This document shows, in pieces, positions 9,905 through 21,591 of a stretch of 29,497 nucleotides of DNA. This stretch comes from Macrostomum lignano (taxonomy: Eukaryota): assembly GCA_002269645.1 (NCBI GenBank), contig NIVC01000796.1, positions 1-29,497 on the forward strand, in the 5' to 3' direction. Position numbers and translations under genes: made by a program. The notes beneath the pieces are model-generated. The model worked only from the letters and a program-made list of their open reading frames with translations. It made no database searches and was not told where the DNA came from. How positions within the stretch are numbered: the stretch's first letter is position 1; each line of letters opens with the position of its first letter.

Positions 9905-10038
9905 AATCTTTGTCTGTTCTTTTGGTTCCTTTGGCAGAGAAAGGCCGAGGACGCTGTTCTCAGGCCGAGGCGAAGCCGAGGCCTTAGAATTGCGTCCGAG
10001 GTCTTTCTGCCATAGACACCAAAAGAACAGACGAAGAT
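9905..10038. repeat. Imperfect palindrome of about 130 bp centred on GAGGCGAAGCCGAG
   Basis: TTTGTCTGTTCTTTTGGT..GGCAGA..GGACGC on the left mirrors GCGTCC..TCTGCC..ACCAAAAGAACAGACGAA on the right. Inner arms TTCTCAGGCC / GGCCTTAGAA. Confidence 0.9.
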
Positions 10039-10254
10039 CGTACTTAATCTACAAATATTGGAAGCGACTGGGAGTGGGAGAGAGGTATTCGTCAAAAGCG
10101 GGGGTGTGGGCCCCCCACATTTAACCATAGACAAAAATTAAAGTAAAAGGTTCGATGCTTAAATTAAAAGCGAGAAAGGAAAGGTTTGGGCAGCTAGAGG
10201 AAATCAGAGAGAACTGAGAATCATGGAACGCGACTTGGAACTCGCTTTCGACTG

Positions 10255-10545
10255 GTGAATGACATTGAACTGAGAGAAAACGAGGCTTCTAGATTTGCTT
10301 TACTGTCCGATAACGAGGTTGCTGAAAGGATTGACGCTGCTGTGCCGGAATCGACACGCCGGAAGGAACGATGGGCACTAAAGCAATTTGACGACTGGTT
10401 TCAGGAGAGGCAAACCAAACTGCTTCATGGAGACGCCTGCGGTCTATCTGTGTCTACCTATCGGCCGGCATACTCTCGACTCCAATTGTGGCGAATATCA
10501 CCAAACCCGTGTCTACGGATGGTAAATTCTCAAACCAGTCTCTAA
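10255..10545 (+). pseudogene. Crypton-like (KCTD1/ZMYM-related YR) N-terminal fragment
   Basis: RFALLSDNEVAERIDAAVPESTRRKERWALKQFDDW resembles the Crypton core-binding N-terminus. Catalytic domain absent. Confidence 0.65.
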
Positions 10546-10800
10546 GGAAGACTTGTGCCAGCAGGTTGCATCGGGCTGGACTGGCTAGAGACGATGGAGT
10601 CCAATGGGCGGACCAGTCGTGTCTGAGGGTACTACCAAGAAGATGCGCATGACTGTCCACGGTGACACCAACAGCGTAGAAATCATGTTCGAGTAAATCG
10701 GCAAGAATGAATCGGTCTTTACTGCTGTTGATAGTTTATACTTCTAATGGACTAACTGACAAATTATAGTCGTTCTAAAATATTCTCAGGCCTTGTTCTT

Positions 10801-10826
10801 AGGCCTGTTAACCGGTTAACAGGCCT
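10801..10826. repeat. Perfect 26-bp palindrome
   Basis: AGGCCTGTTAACCGGTTAACAGGCCT is its own reverse complement. Confidence 0.95.
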
Positions 10827-11769
10827 CGTTTTGAGTTCTCAGGCTTAGTTTTTTAGTGAGGTTGGCCATAGACTATCGTTCTACTAGAAAAGAAGGAGCC
10901 TAGGAATTTAGTGTGAACCGTCATATCTGTAGGTTAAAATAAAATAATTATCACAAATTGGTGAGCGGATCTCAGCACTGGAAGAAGTGAAAAGATGAAA
11001 CCAGGAGCACAAGACTAACGGAGAAGCTCCCTAACACCACTGGCCTAAATCCCAAGGTCCTACTCTCAGACGAGGACACTGACGGCCGGACAGTTCAGCG
11101 AATCCCTGGCCAAATTCTACCAGGTATGCCTTTCAGTGAAACACTGGGGCCCTCAGAATCGAGGTCGCGTACTACGTCAAACCGACAGTTCCTATCTTGA
11201 CCACGCTTGCCGGCGACAAACTCTGAACAAGGTTGTCGCGATTGTTACGCCGGCAATGCTATTGCGGTCGGGCAGCGGAAACAAAAAAGGAGGCCGGGGC
11301 TTGACTCAATAAAAGCTCCTCAAAGCGCGGCAGATGGCAAAACGGCCGGGAGATAAGAACGAAGCCAGGCCAAAACCAGAAGTAAGATCCGACCGCCAAA
11401 ACATACTTTCATAGTCTCTCCAACCCCCCCCCCCTCAAGCCGGGTGGTGGGTGTCTGGCTGGCCGCTCGATAATCCAAATTGCACTGATCCTGCGGCGCG
11501 CTCTCAAGCCGGGTAGAGCTGGTTTGCCGCATGCCAGGGGTCCAGGCCGGTCCTGATTGCCTGGCAACGCAAAGCCGGAGTACATTGGCAAGTTTGCCAA
11601 GCCAGAGCCACACTGGCTTGGAAATGCGTCTAGCTTTTCCGACCTGTTTACTATAATAAACTTGTAAAAGCACTTTGAAAAACCTGACTAAAAATAGAAT
11701 GGAAACACAATTAATAATTAATGACAATTGAAGGCAATTTACATAAGATGCTCACATTACAGTCACCAT

Positions 11770-12340
11770 CTGCGACACAATGGCTCCGCTGACTCTCCAG
11801 TCAGACCACCGACTTCTGCTCGGCGACTTGCGGCTCCGCGACCAGCTCTACCGACCGCCAAAGCAGCGACCACGGCGCTACTATCACGCTCTGTTGGACA
11901 CCCGCGTCAAGCGTCAATTCGCGGGCGCCTTCGTAGGCGCGCTTGGAGACCAGCGCGAGGCGGAATATTCCGACATCAGCACCGTCGTTGGAGCCGCTGT
12001 GGAGCAAACGGTTCCGCTGATGCGGCCAGCGAAAAAATTGCTGCCTGTCTGGCAGAGCGACCCGACCATCAAGCAAGCGCAGGCTCAACATCGAGCGACT
12101 CCGCAGAAACCGGTGGCCCACAGGCGACGCTGAAGACGCGTCTGAGCGCCTTCTAGACGAGTGGCAGCAGGCCGCTGTCAACGACGCCGTTAGGTCCATC
12201 ACTGCAGCCGGCCGCTGTCAACGACGCCGTTAGGTCCATCACTGCAGCCGGCCCAGACGTGATGAGCCGCGTAGTGGGGACGGCCGTCCGGACTCTGACG
12301 GGGCGCAAAAGGCGCGTGGCGCTGAATCTGACCGGTGACA
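11770..12340 (+). mobile_element. Non-LTR retrotransposon fragment (end of APE endonuclease plus linker), decayed
   Basis: SDHRLLLGDLRLR endonuclease C-terminal motif. After removing a 40-bp duplication the linker reads VRTLTGRKRRVALNLTGDT. Confidence 0.65.
12171..12250 (+). repeat. Exact 40-bp tandem duplication
   Basis: GCCGCTGTCAACGACGCCGTTAGGTCCATCACTGCAGCCG occurs twice. Confidence 0.95.
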
Positions 12341-12344
12341 CCGG

Positions 12345-12821
12345 TGCACGCCTACGAATCTGCGGATGTCGCGGTCGGCCATCGTCGCACTAACACCGCG
12401 AATAGCGTCAGTTAACGGCCGGCCAGTTAGCATTGAGAAGCGCCGTTAGACGGTATCGAATGGCATGCCGTCTTCGTCGCCTGCGTCTACAATTGTGGCT
12501 AGCGCCCAGACGACGGACTCGACACACGCCATCTGCAAGCGTATTAGAGGATGCGCGTTTTGTGAAATCAGTAACATTACAATGTCTATACAAGCAGTAT
12601 GTTAATAAATGAAAGCTAATTACGCGTACGCCGTGAATAATTTCATCGAATGTCTGTTGGAGCAACTGGACGGCGACAGGGTCTTCTGGGTTAACAGATG
12701 CGGCGGCCGCAGGAGCGCGATCCTGGCTGGAAGTTGTGTGCGCTGCTGCTGCGGCTGTGATTGTCTCGTCGTCAACGATGTCACCGTCGACGTACAGCAG
12801 CCCTGTGCTGTAGACGGCCAT
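12345..12821 (-). pseudogene. Unidentified spliced gene fragment
   Basis: 64-codon exon from ATG 12821, a phase-0 97-bp intron (GTACGC..CTAAT..TTGCAG, 12629-12533), then MACVESVVWALATIVDAGDEDGMPFDTV*RRFSMLTGRPLTDAIRG with one stop. Truncated against the LINE fragment. Confidence 0.35.
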
Positions 12822-13787
12822 AAATTCTCATGTTTGAACAGCCAACGCTCTGGGCCGCTTCAAACAGTGATCGGCTCGGTATTGGTCAGCAGGTTTTGTT
12901 AAGCTCTGTCAGGCTCTTTCGGCTGTTTTGCTGTGCAAATGCCTGATGTGGTCGAGTTACACGGACCATCATTAGAAGATTCTAGTGCAGCTGCATGGCT
13001 AAGCTGTTTAAATTTTCATTGGTCAACTGCGTTTTGCAGTAGATTGCAGACGCTGAAATTGCAGGATACATTTATCGTCGGATTGAACTCTCACTGTATT
13101 GTAAGTAATGTGATGCACATACAACTGATAATAGTACGACTAAAGTAATAAAAAGACTATTTAAGTAAAACTGTAGCTAAAATATGCAGAATGTATGACT
13201 ACATAGGTTATAAGGGCAGATGGCACCGTTGGCGACGGTTAAGTAGTTTAAAAATGCAAGCAATTTAAAGATTGATGTGTACTGTTGTAACATACAGTAA
13301 TATTATTGTGCATTGTGTCTATGAAATTGCACTCAATGCGTATTATTCCTATGGCGAATACCTGCTGCTCCTTTTATGTTGCGTGTTTTGCTATTATGCT
13401 TTGTAAGCAGGAGTGGGTGCATAGGAGCTGAAGAGATACAAGACAGAACATGGCCCCTGTAGCATAAAGTGTATCTGTTGTGGATCCAATTTAAAAAAAA
13501 TTGATATACGCGCCATGACCCTTTAATATACGCGCTAGTGTACCTACTACTGAGACTACCAATATTAAAACGATAAGAAATAAATGAAAGCTAAACGCAG
13601 CAGAAAAGGTAAATTTGTAACTTTACTTGCGCCAACTGCACAGGATTTTCACGATAATATGAAGGAGGGGAACAGCATTTACTTAAAAAAGATACCCTCC
13701 TCCTTTTTCAACCGGGCTTGGGACTGGCTTTGGCTTTTACCCATCCACCTCGTATTCTGTATCAACTGTTCTAGACTTGATCGAAGC

Positions 13788-14027
13788 TTTATTACCCCTC
13801 GCATTAAAGATTGGCCCGCGTAGTCAAATAAAAGTGACTACTCTCATCATGGCGGGACTTTATTATTACCCCTCGGATTAAAGATTGGCCGCGTAGTCAA
13901 ATAAAAGTGACTACTCTCATCATGGCGGGACTTTATTATTACCCCTCGGACTAAAGTTTGACCCGCGTAGTCAAATAAAAGTGAATATTCTATCAAAGCG
14001 AGGCTTTATTACCCTGCGGATTAAGTA
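13788..14027 (+). repeat. Tandem repeat, unit about 73 bp, just over 3 copies
   Basis: ATTACCCCTCG.A.TAAAG.TTG.CC(C)GCGTAGTCAAATAAAAGTGA units start at 13791, 13865, 13938 and 14008. Confidence 0.95.
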
Positions 14028-15579
14028 TTGCACATTCTTTTGAATTTTTGCCCCTCTTTTAACTTGGAAGTTCCATTCACTTTAGACAACCCATGAGCAT
14101 GCCCAGACTTGCATGCCCAGACTGAAGACTAGATAGCGTCTGCCTTAATAGGATAATCTGTGTTTAACTCACTGGGCCTGCTGGAACATAATTGGAACTA
14201 TGCTACAGATTTCGGCTAAGACACCCAGCTGTACAAAACAATATACATAGTTTGTGTCTTGGCCTAATGACCGACGGACGGGATGGGGAGCGGGTCCTCC
14301 CGCCGGAGACACCCAAGGTCCCAGCCCCAACCCTGGCTATGCCTACGCGACCCTGACCGACCCGGCGAGATTTCGCCCTGGCCGATCACCCTGGGACTAG
14401 CGAGAGTTCGCCGACCTCAGGTTCCTACTCAATCCCACCGGCCCCTCGCGGCAACCCAGAAGAAAGAAGCGCGAGCTCACTCCTAGTCATCGATTTAACA
14501 GCTTGACGAAGCGTATATTTGGCCGACCAAACGCAGAGCAGCACAAACAGCAACGGACGCAGAACGCAGACAAACAGACAAACAGTGGGGCGCAGAACGC
14601 GGAAAACAGTGGAGCGCAGAACAGACAAGCAGTAGAGCGCAAATCGCAGACAAGCAGTGAAGTGCCGAATGGGCAGGGCGAGAACTTAAATAGAATACTG
14701 TACACCAGAGGGGGGTAGAAAGGAGAGGGGCAGGCCAAACCCTGGGGCTTAAGGCAGCTTATCAGCCCGCCAGTCAATGCGAGAGGCCCAGGGTGGGGCG
14801 GAGCAAAGAGGGAGGGGTAGGGCAAGCGCACAGATTGGAAAGGGGACTGGGCGCAGAAAAGACTAGGCCATGGTAGAAGCTTACGCCTCATAAACCCCGG
14901 CAAGGGCGCGAGACGGTGGACGGGGCGGCGCAGCATGAAAACACGAAAACAAAAACAAGGGGCAACAGAAGGGCAGGGTAGACTGAAAGGGCGCTGCACA
15001 AGAATAGGATGCTTCAGAAGTAATTAGAATAGTCTGAGTGCAACACATCCAAAAGGCATCCTCATTTGTTGTATGGTACAGTACACAGACTACATGCTAA
15101 CGGGAGTCAAACCTTTGTACACAATAATGCAACTACCTTGCACTAAATGCAAATTAGTAGAGTATACAAAGGATGGTTGCGACCTCACATTACGAGCAAT
15201 ACAGTTTCAACAAGTCCTTTATTTAATGCAGAGGTTTAGCGCCACTGACTAGGTGGATTCCAGGGATAGCTTGCCGGGGTAGCTTGTTATGTCATTAAGT
15301 ATGACAGCCTTCCATCGGAAGCACTCTTATTTTATCCCTAACTTTCGAATCTTGTCTTGTCATGATTCGGACCTTGTTATTTGGTAAAATTCGGATTGCT
15401 CACCAGATTAGAGTCAAACCAGATAACATTAAAATTACCTGGTAACGAATCTGGTGGTTTTACCAGTTTCGCACCCTAAACAAGCATTGGAAGTATAGTG
15501 AATCTGACAAGATTCGCAAATTATCTTGTGGTGTTATCTGGTTTATTTTCCAGAGGGAGTGAGCTAGCTACCGGTTAGG

Positions 15580-15630
15580 TACAACAGTAACAACAACCAA
15601 AAGCAACAACAACAACAAAAACAACAACAC
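15580..15630 (+). repeat. (CAA)n microsatellite, possibly a LINE tail
   Basis: CAACAGTAACAACAACCAAAAGCAACAACAACAACAAAAACAACAAC. Confidence 0.8.
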
Positions 15631-15849
15631 TTGGCACCTCGTCTACGTCGCGGAGGGTAGCCGCTTCATCTGGGGGCGGTCAAAGAGCGCCAAAACTCGG
15701 ACACAACGTCGAACGAGCGAGTTTTTTGTATTTACACTCTAAAGAATCTCGCTCAAAGCGATCATCCACCAAGCCGCGGGAGCGCCCTGCTCATCAACGC
15801 AAGCGGAACTCTACGTGGTCAAGCTGGCCTAAATTGGCTCGAAGGGCGC

Positions 15850-16440
15850 ACCAGCAAAGGAGAAAGCACCGTGATCATTAGCGACAGTCAGAGCACTCTA
15901 CAGGCTATTAAGGGCTTGAGCAGAAACACCTTGGCCATTAGAGTCAGGAAAATGCTGAGGAAGCTGGAGGAGGAAGAGAAGGTGGTTAAGCTAATCTGGG
16001 TGCCCGCGCATTGCGGCTTGACAGGAAACGAGTTGGCGGATGAAGCAGCGAAAGAGGCATCAACCTGGGCCCAGGAAGGCATCAAAGTGCCACCCAGCAG
16101 CAACAGGAAGTACAGCCAGAGCAAGCTGGGCAGAGATAACGGCAGAAGCCACAGGAGAAGCAGGGAAACCTATGGAGAGCAGGGGGCGGAGCCCCAGCCG
16201 AAGGGCCTGAGCAAGCAGGAAGCGTTTGACTTCAGACGATTCAGGAGTGGCCACTCTATGGACCTAGCAGAGTACAGGAAGCGCATAGGTAGACAAGAGG
16301 AGGGCTGGTGTACGAGCTGCGGCTTGGAGACCGAGACGCTTGAGCATGTCATGGCGTGCCCCGTCACGCGCAGCCTTAGGGAGGAACTGGACCTGCATGA
16401 GATTCGAGTCTTGAGTAGGAGACCAGGGAATCTGCAGCGT
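15850..16440 (+). mobile_element. Non-LTR retrotransposon 3' fragment: RNase H plus C-terminal zinc knuckle
   Basis: IISDSQSTLQAI and LIWVPAHCGLTGNELADEAAK (RNase H); RFRSGH...CTSCGLETETLEHVMACP (CCHC). Confidence 0.9.
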
Positions 16441-17665
16441 CAGAAACAGCACCTCAAAGATTGGGCACCACGCTTAAAAAGGCCCTTTTCCGAGCACAAT
16501 CTCCCTGGCGTCGATACAGACGAAAACATCGCACCTGTATCCATCGACCTGAACTGTCCGTGACAATGTATCGGCTTCAAACTTGTCTTGACACTTTCTG
16601 AACAAGGAAGGGGACATCCGAATCGAGAAGACAATTGCAATTTTGCATGTTCGAATCATATTAAATTCAAGTGGAAGCAAAAATCATTTCGTAATACTCA
16701 CATACCAGGTACTGATGTTGTAATACGATAACAACAGCTTAATTACTTCCAGCGCAGAACTATTAGCTTATTTTCCCGTAGTCTAACCAGGCTTGTATCG
16801 ATAGAATCCAGGACAAGAATCTTTCGTCGCTTAGCACACACAACGATAAGATAAAAGTGCTCCTTGTGTAAAAAAGGATTTAATGTCTTATTCAAGCCCT
16901 GGGAAATATACAGTGAACTAGAAAATTACGAGCTAAAAACAACTTTGCATTTGAGAAATGCTAGAGTTACTACGAATTTACTTTTACATACATGTTACAA
17001 GAAAAAGCAATTATTCGTACCTTATACACTAAAGTCCTTTTCGACAAAATTTTCCTCTTAAAAGTAATATTGTTATTATTGATATCCAAAATGCTGTGAA
17101 AGTCTCCCTTGCCAATGACAAATTCGTTGGTGCGCCTGAAGTAAGTGCTGTGCAGTAAGCCGGTAATATCTACACCTTTTTCCATTCTATTTTGGCAAAC
17201 GTGCAATCAAAGTCAAAATCTTTTCATTCAATTCAGACAGTTTATGGTAGTTCTTGGCCGGACGTGCATTCAATTCCGACAAATGTGCTTTCAAAAGCGA
17301 CAATTTTCAAACAAAGCAAACAAGCTACCACGAGAAACCGACACTTTGCAATCAATTCAAACAATTTGCAATCCATTCCGACAGTTGGCTATGAATTGGC
17401 TTTTTTCTGTCCTCCTATCTATGGCTCATACTAATACGCTCGTAATGCCGAATGCAAAAGTGAGTGACAACGATCGGCAGAGGCTCATCGACGCACACGC
17501 AAACGGAGACGATTTTGGGCATCTTGCTCGAGTATGTACTCCAGTGGCTTGTCTAAATAGATTGAAATTTGTCGGAATTGATTGGAAATTTCGCAGTATG
17601 AGCCATAGATAGGAGGACAGAAAAAGCCAATTCATAGCCACTGTCGGAATGGATTGCAAATTGTT

Positions 17666-18530
17666 CCCTTTTGTCTATGGTTTCCGGCATTCATACTTGC
17701 GGTAACAATTTAATTGTTTGTCGGCTTTTTTCGATTGTTGCCGGATTTCAGACGAATGTATTTGGCTATCAAAACAAGGAACAACAATAGCAACACGGCG
17801 AAAGTGCTTTCGAAGGGATGAATAGAAAAGCCTCAGATAATCGTTCAAAAATCGATCCGGAACACGCTCAAACTCCTGGCAGAGCCCCTTCTCGTTGAGG
17901 AACTGTCGGAACCTTGCCACGTGAAGCTTCCGTTGCGTCTCGGTCGATTTCGGCACTGAGTCACTCTCAAGTCGGTCCAACATTTCCAGATCTTCGCTAC
18001 CTAGCTCAGGCAGCCCGTTGGAACTGGACGACGCATCCAGGTTGTCCATCTCCAGAACGTAGCGCGTGCTCGACTCTCGGGTGACAAAAGCCAACTCGTC
18101 CGTGGAGAGTCCACATATTTCTCCGCCAGGAATGTTTGCGTAGCGAATCATAGCTACTTTTCCTATTTGCACTCCGAATAGGAGAATTAATTCAAGCTCA
18201 AAATCAACTTGAGAATTAACTCATGGCAGCCAGGCTAGCTGTCTTCACTGTCCTTTAAATTTGCCATAAACGATTAATTATCTCTACAACCCTTTCATTT
18301 AGAGAGCAACTAAATTTGCCATTGACGATTGATTATCTCTACAACCCTTTCAAAGCGCATTCCGGCAACAATCGCATTTCATACTCAGCATCCGCACTAT
18401 GTCTGGGCCATAGACAAGGGAAGTCAAAAGGGTACAATAATGACATGTACCGATTTTTTTCGGCAGCAATTGCGCGCTTCAGCTTACGCAATTGCTGCCG
18501 AAAAAAATCGGTATATATCGTTACATTGTT
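17666..18530 (-). mobile_element. Non-autonomous Crypton-like insertion, 865 bp
   Basis: Flanked by a direct ATTGTT. Encodes DSVPKSTETQRKLHVARFRQFLNEKGLCQEFERVPDRFLNDYLRLFYSSLRK (Crypton/KCTD1-like N-terminus). Inverted CCCTT(TT)GTCTATGG / CCATAGACAAGGG at 17666 and 18408-18420. Confidence 0.75.
18448..18513. repeat. Perfect hairpin: 27-bp arms, 12-nt loop
   Basis: TACCGATTTTTTTCGGCAGCAATTGCG-cgcttcagctta-CGCAATTGCTGCCGAAAAAAATCGGTA. Confidence 0.95.
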
Positions 18531-18907
18531 TGAATTGATCGCAAAGTGTCGGTTTTTCGTGGCAGCTTGTTTGCTTGTTTGAAAATTTTCTAGTTTGAAA
18601 ACTAGACGGAGTGGCCGAGGGCGGCTATAGGCTGCAGTTAGGCAGACGATGGAGCGGCGATGCGCTGAAGCGGCGAGGCGCTGGTGTCGTTCAGGCATTG
18701 CTGATGATGATTGGCGGTAACAGACCGCGGACCGGCAGACGAGCTCACTTGGGGAGCTGAGATAACTTGGCGGTAACAGACCGCAGACCGGCAGAGGTTC
18801 GTCTTATAGACGAATAGGTCAGAGCAACGTCTGACAGCAAGTCCACAATAGGACGCTTGAGAAGAAGCGCGAAAAGGTTTGAGGATTCTCATGCCGAAAA
18901 CCGCTTC

Positions 18908-18990
18908 CTTATATAGTCTTCCCAGCCGCCGCTCCAAGGTCGTTTCCATGACTCCCTCTCTCTGATTGGCTGCCGGCAGAATGACGTCAT
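18908..18990 (-). promoter_or_regulatory. Pol II promoter-like cluster (CRE, CCAAT, TATA)
   Basis: ATGACGTCAT at 18981-18990, ATTGG at 18965-18969 and minus-strand TATATAAG at about 18915-18908, in promoter order. Confidence 0.5.
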
Positions 18991-19734
18991 AATGAGTCAT
19001 GATGAGAAGCATGAGAACGGCATAGCAACATAAGAAATGGGAAAATTGCGCAATCCGGAGGTGGGGTGGGGGGTAATTGGCGCAGCGGGAGGTCGCGAAA
19101 GTGTTGCGCAAGCAAACATTGAGAACAATGGGGCTGGGGTCGAGGACAAAGGAAATAGAAAACGGGAATAATTGGGGAGAATCGAGAACAATAGAAAAGC
19201 AAACATTGGAGAAAATGTGATAATTGGGTACGAAAACGAGAACAAAAGAAAAAGAAAATCGGAGAAAATGTGATAATTGGGTGCGAATAGGAGAACAAAA
19301 GAATCGAAAACGAGAACAATAGAAGCGGAGGTGGGGTGGGTGTCGCATGAGAAATTTGGGGAGGAGAACAATAGCATGAGAAAAGGTTGCGCAAGAGAGG
19401 GGGATGAGTCATCGATGAGTCATCGAGGGGAAAGAGGGGTCACACGACTTGCGTCACCGTTTGAGAGTTTGAGAAGGGATGGGGGAACGGTGAGCGCACG
19501 AAGTACTGTAAGTAGACACTGAAAAAGGAGGAACAGCGCAGAAAAATAGTGCAAAAAGAGACCAAAAGATGGGGGACAGGAGAAGTACATAACGAATAGG
19601 GTAGAGCGCATAGGAGATAGGGTAGAGGGGGAGGTACAGAGAGGGACAGGGAGCTCCGGAAAGGCATGTGTGGCGGCCAGGAAGACGGAACCGAGGCAGC
19701 AGGAGGTGCAGCAGAGCGGGAATCTGCAGGCCTG

Positions 19735-20500
19735 GTCAGAGACTGAGCAGTCGCTCAGTGACGTAGCTGTCGTTTAGGCCTTGCATGAACTGCTCGAGAA
19801 CTATTTGCTCCACAAAGACCTGGGCTCCCAGTTCCGGGTGCGCCCGAATCGTCAACCGTTGAAGCTCCATCGGGTACTTTTAAAAGCTCTCGTCAGATTT
19901 CCGATGTCGAGCACGGAACTCGCGATGAGGAAGGGCTGCAATCTTGGCACCACCGTGACGTGAGCGGTGGTGTTCTACCAGATCCTCGTAGTCCACCCTA
20001 GGTAGCTGATCCAATGTTAACCCGGGTGGTAGACCGAAGTACGCGCACTGCATTGCCAGCCAGGTAGTGTACGTTGCGTATGCCGGACCTTCTCGATGTC
20101 CGGGAGGCCGGGGAATCGACCAATGTGAGCGCCGATCCTGACGAGGAAGTCGTCGAAGTCTTCACGGCCGTTGTATGGCGGAGGATTTGGCTCCGAGGGA
20201 AGAGCAAGCCGTTGATTAGCCACTGGCAGTGCTGCATAAGCCAGCAGGAGGTTAGGCGGGGCGTACTCCAGCTCCGGGACATGTCGAGCTGGACGGTGAA
20301 CATCTGCATGGAACAGGTTTATTGAATACGACTGCGGCTGTGTCATCCGTGGATCTTCGTCTGTGATGAATGGGTTTGTCGATCTGCTGGCTGCTGCAGA
20401 CACAAACGGGTTGTACGAACTCGAACTGGACGCGATGCTTGGCTCCGCTGATGCAGCTGCATCTGCCGTGTTTGCTCGTCTGACGAGTCGTTCTCGAAGC
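19735..20500 (-). pseudogene. gag: Ty3/Gypsy-type gag pseudogene
   Basis: PPPYNGREDFDDFLVRI, YLAGNAVRVL, YEDLVEH..REFRARHRKSDESF, ELQRLTIRAHP, EQIVLEQFMQGL, read across frameshifts and stops. No pol present. Confidence 0.8.
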
Positions 20501-21479
20501 TCCAGGATGTCGTCGTCGTTCGGGACTCGTTCTACATAATGAAGCACTAGCGTGGTCGCCAAATATAAATGCCCACGTCTCAGTTTGAAATAATGAAGTC
20601 GTGCAGACACCAGGCAGTTACTTGTTGGCTGAACTCATTGGTCGAAAGGAGAGAAAACCCTTAAAGATTCTGGCTCAAACCATTACTGTATTTATAGTGA
20701 TTGGCGATGATTCCAGATTACGTGCGATAGCTTAAAAGCGTAATTCACGTGCAGGACTAAAACCGATTCGAGCATCTAAGCGAGTCGGGGAAACGAGGCC
20801 CGGAGGGAAATTTGAGGCCTGTGTGACTTTTAGTGTGAGCTTGTGTGAGCTTTTCTGTGTGAGCTTTTAAGCAGGGAAAAGATCACACACAAAAGCTCCC
20901 ACAAATGGTGAAAACGCTCGCACAATGCAACGATCTCTACAGATCTCGGAGATTTAGGTGTAAAATTTTCACCCCACCTACTGACAGTAGGCTACTAAGT
21001 GGATGTAACGTCCCGTTTATATAGTTAGTAGCATATGCACCTGATTTTGACTTTATAGTTTTGCAATTGAATGTCCATGCAATTGCACGCTATGGCGTAG
21101 TACTGCAATTGTGGTTACGATTAGAAGCCACAGCTTCCTCTAACGAAGAGAGAGACTAATATATATGTAGATACACAGCATTTCTATTCGACTGGAATAC
21201 AGCAGTCAGATGCAGAAGGAAGCAGTGCGTTTTACAATGTAATTAAACAGAATGCAATGCGATCGAAGTTGCAAAAAGCGCGAAAGAAGGCAGCTGCAAA
21301 ATGTACGGATAAAGGCTTTGCCAGCCAGTCGCCTCGCGTACTCGCAGCCTTGCCACACCGTGCACGCTGCAGCGTTGATCTTGTTGGCAGTCGTAATCCA
21401 ATGCTGCGTGACATCTTGGGCTGTAATGCAGCAGCCCAGTGGCAAGACGCAGAGATGCCTGAGGCCAGACAGTATACGT

Positions 21480-21591
21480 ACCTCTCACGACTCTTAATTG
21501 GAAACTTGTGGAAGCGAAGTCCTGGTACATTTCTATCCGCATATGATCTGCATCCGTACGATGCGCACTGCAGACGTGGCGCTGTCGGCAT
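21480..21591 (-). pseudogene. THAP zinc-finger N-terminal fragment
   Basis: MPTAPRLQCASYGCRSYADRNVPGLRFHKFP matches the THAP C-x4-C...FHxFP start. The remainder is broken. Confidence 0.65.

Larger units (their letters stand above)
17289..18600 (+). mobile_element. Internally deleted Tc1/mariner-like element with inverted repeats of about 140 bp; right repeat interrupted by an insertion
   Basis: 17289-17432 is the reverse complement of 17595-17665 joined to 18531-18600. The interior (17445-17532) encodes MPNAKVSDNDRQRLIDAHANGDDFGHLAR, resembling a transposase N-terminal HTH. Confidence 0.7.

Noticed and set aside
13788-14027. CRISPR-like array
   Set aside because: No unique spacers; whole units repeat. 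Eukaryotic context and no cas genes.
14268-14998. Possible solo LTR
   Set aside because: TG..CA ends can be chosen, but no matching target-site duplication or second copy was found.
18638-19667. Hydrophobic ORFs of 236, 141 and 126 aa
   Set aside because: Artefacts of a purine-rich, internally repeated low-complexity tract.
20981-21012. CCTACTGACAGTAGG palindrome and TGTAAC as an LTR/PBS boundary for the gag element
   Set aside because: No TGG-type primer-binding site and no partner LTR identified.
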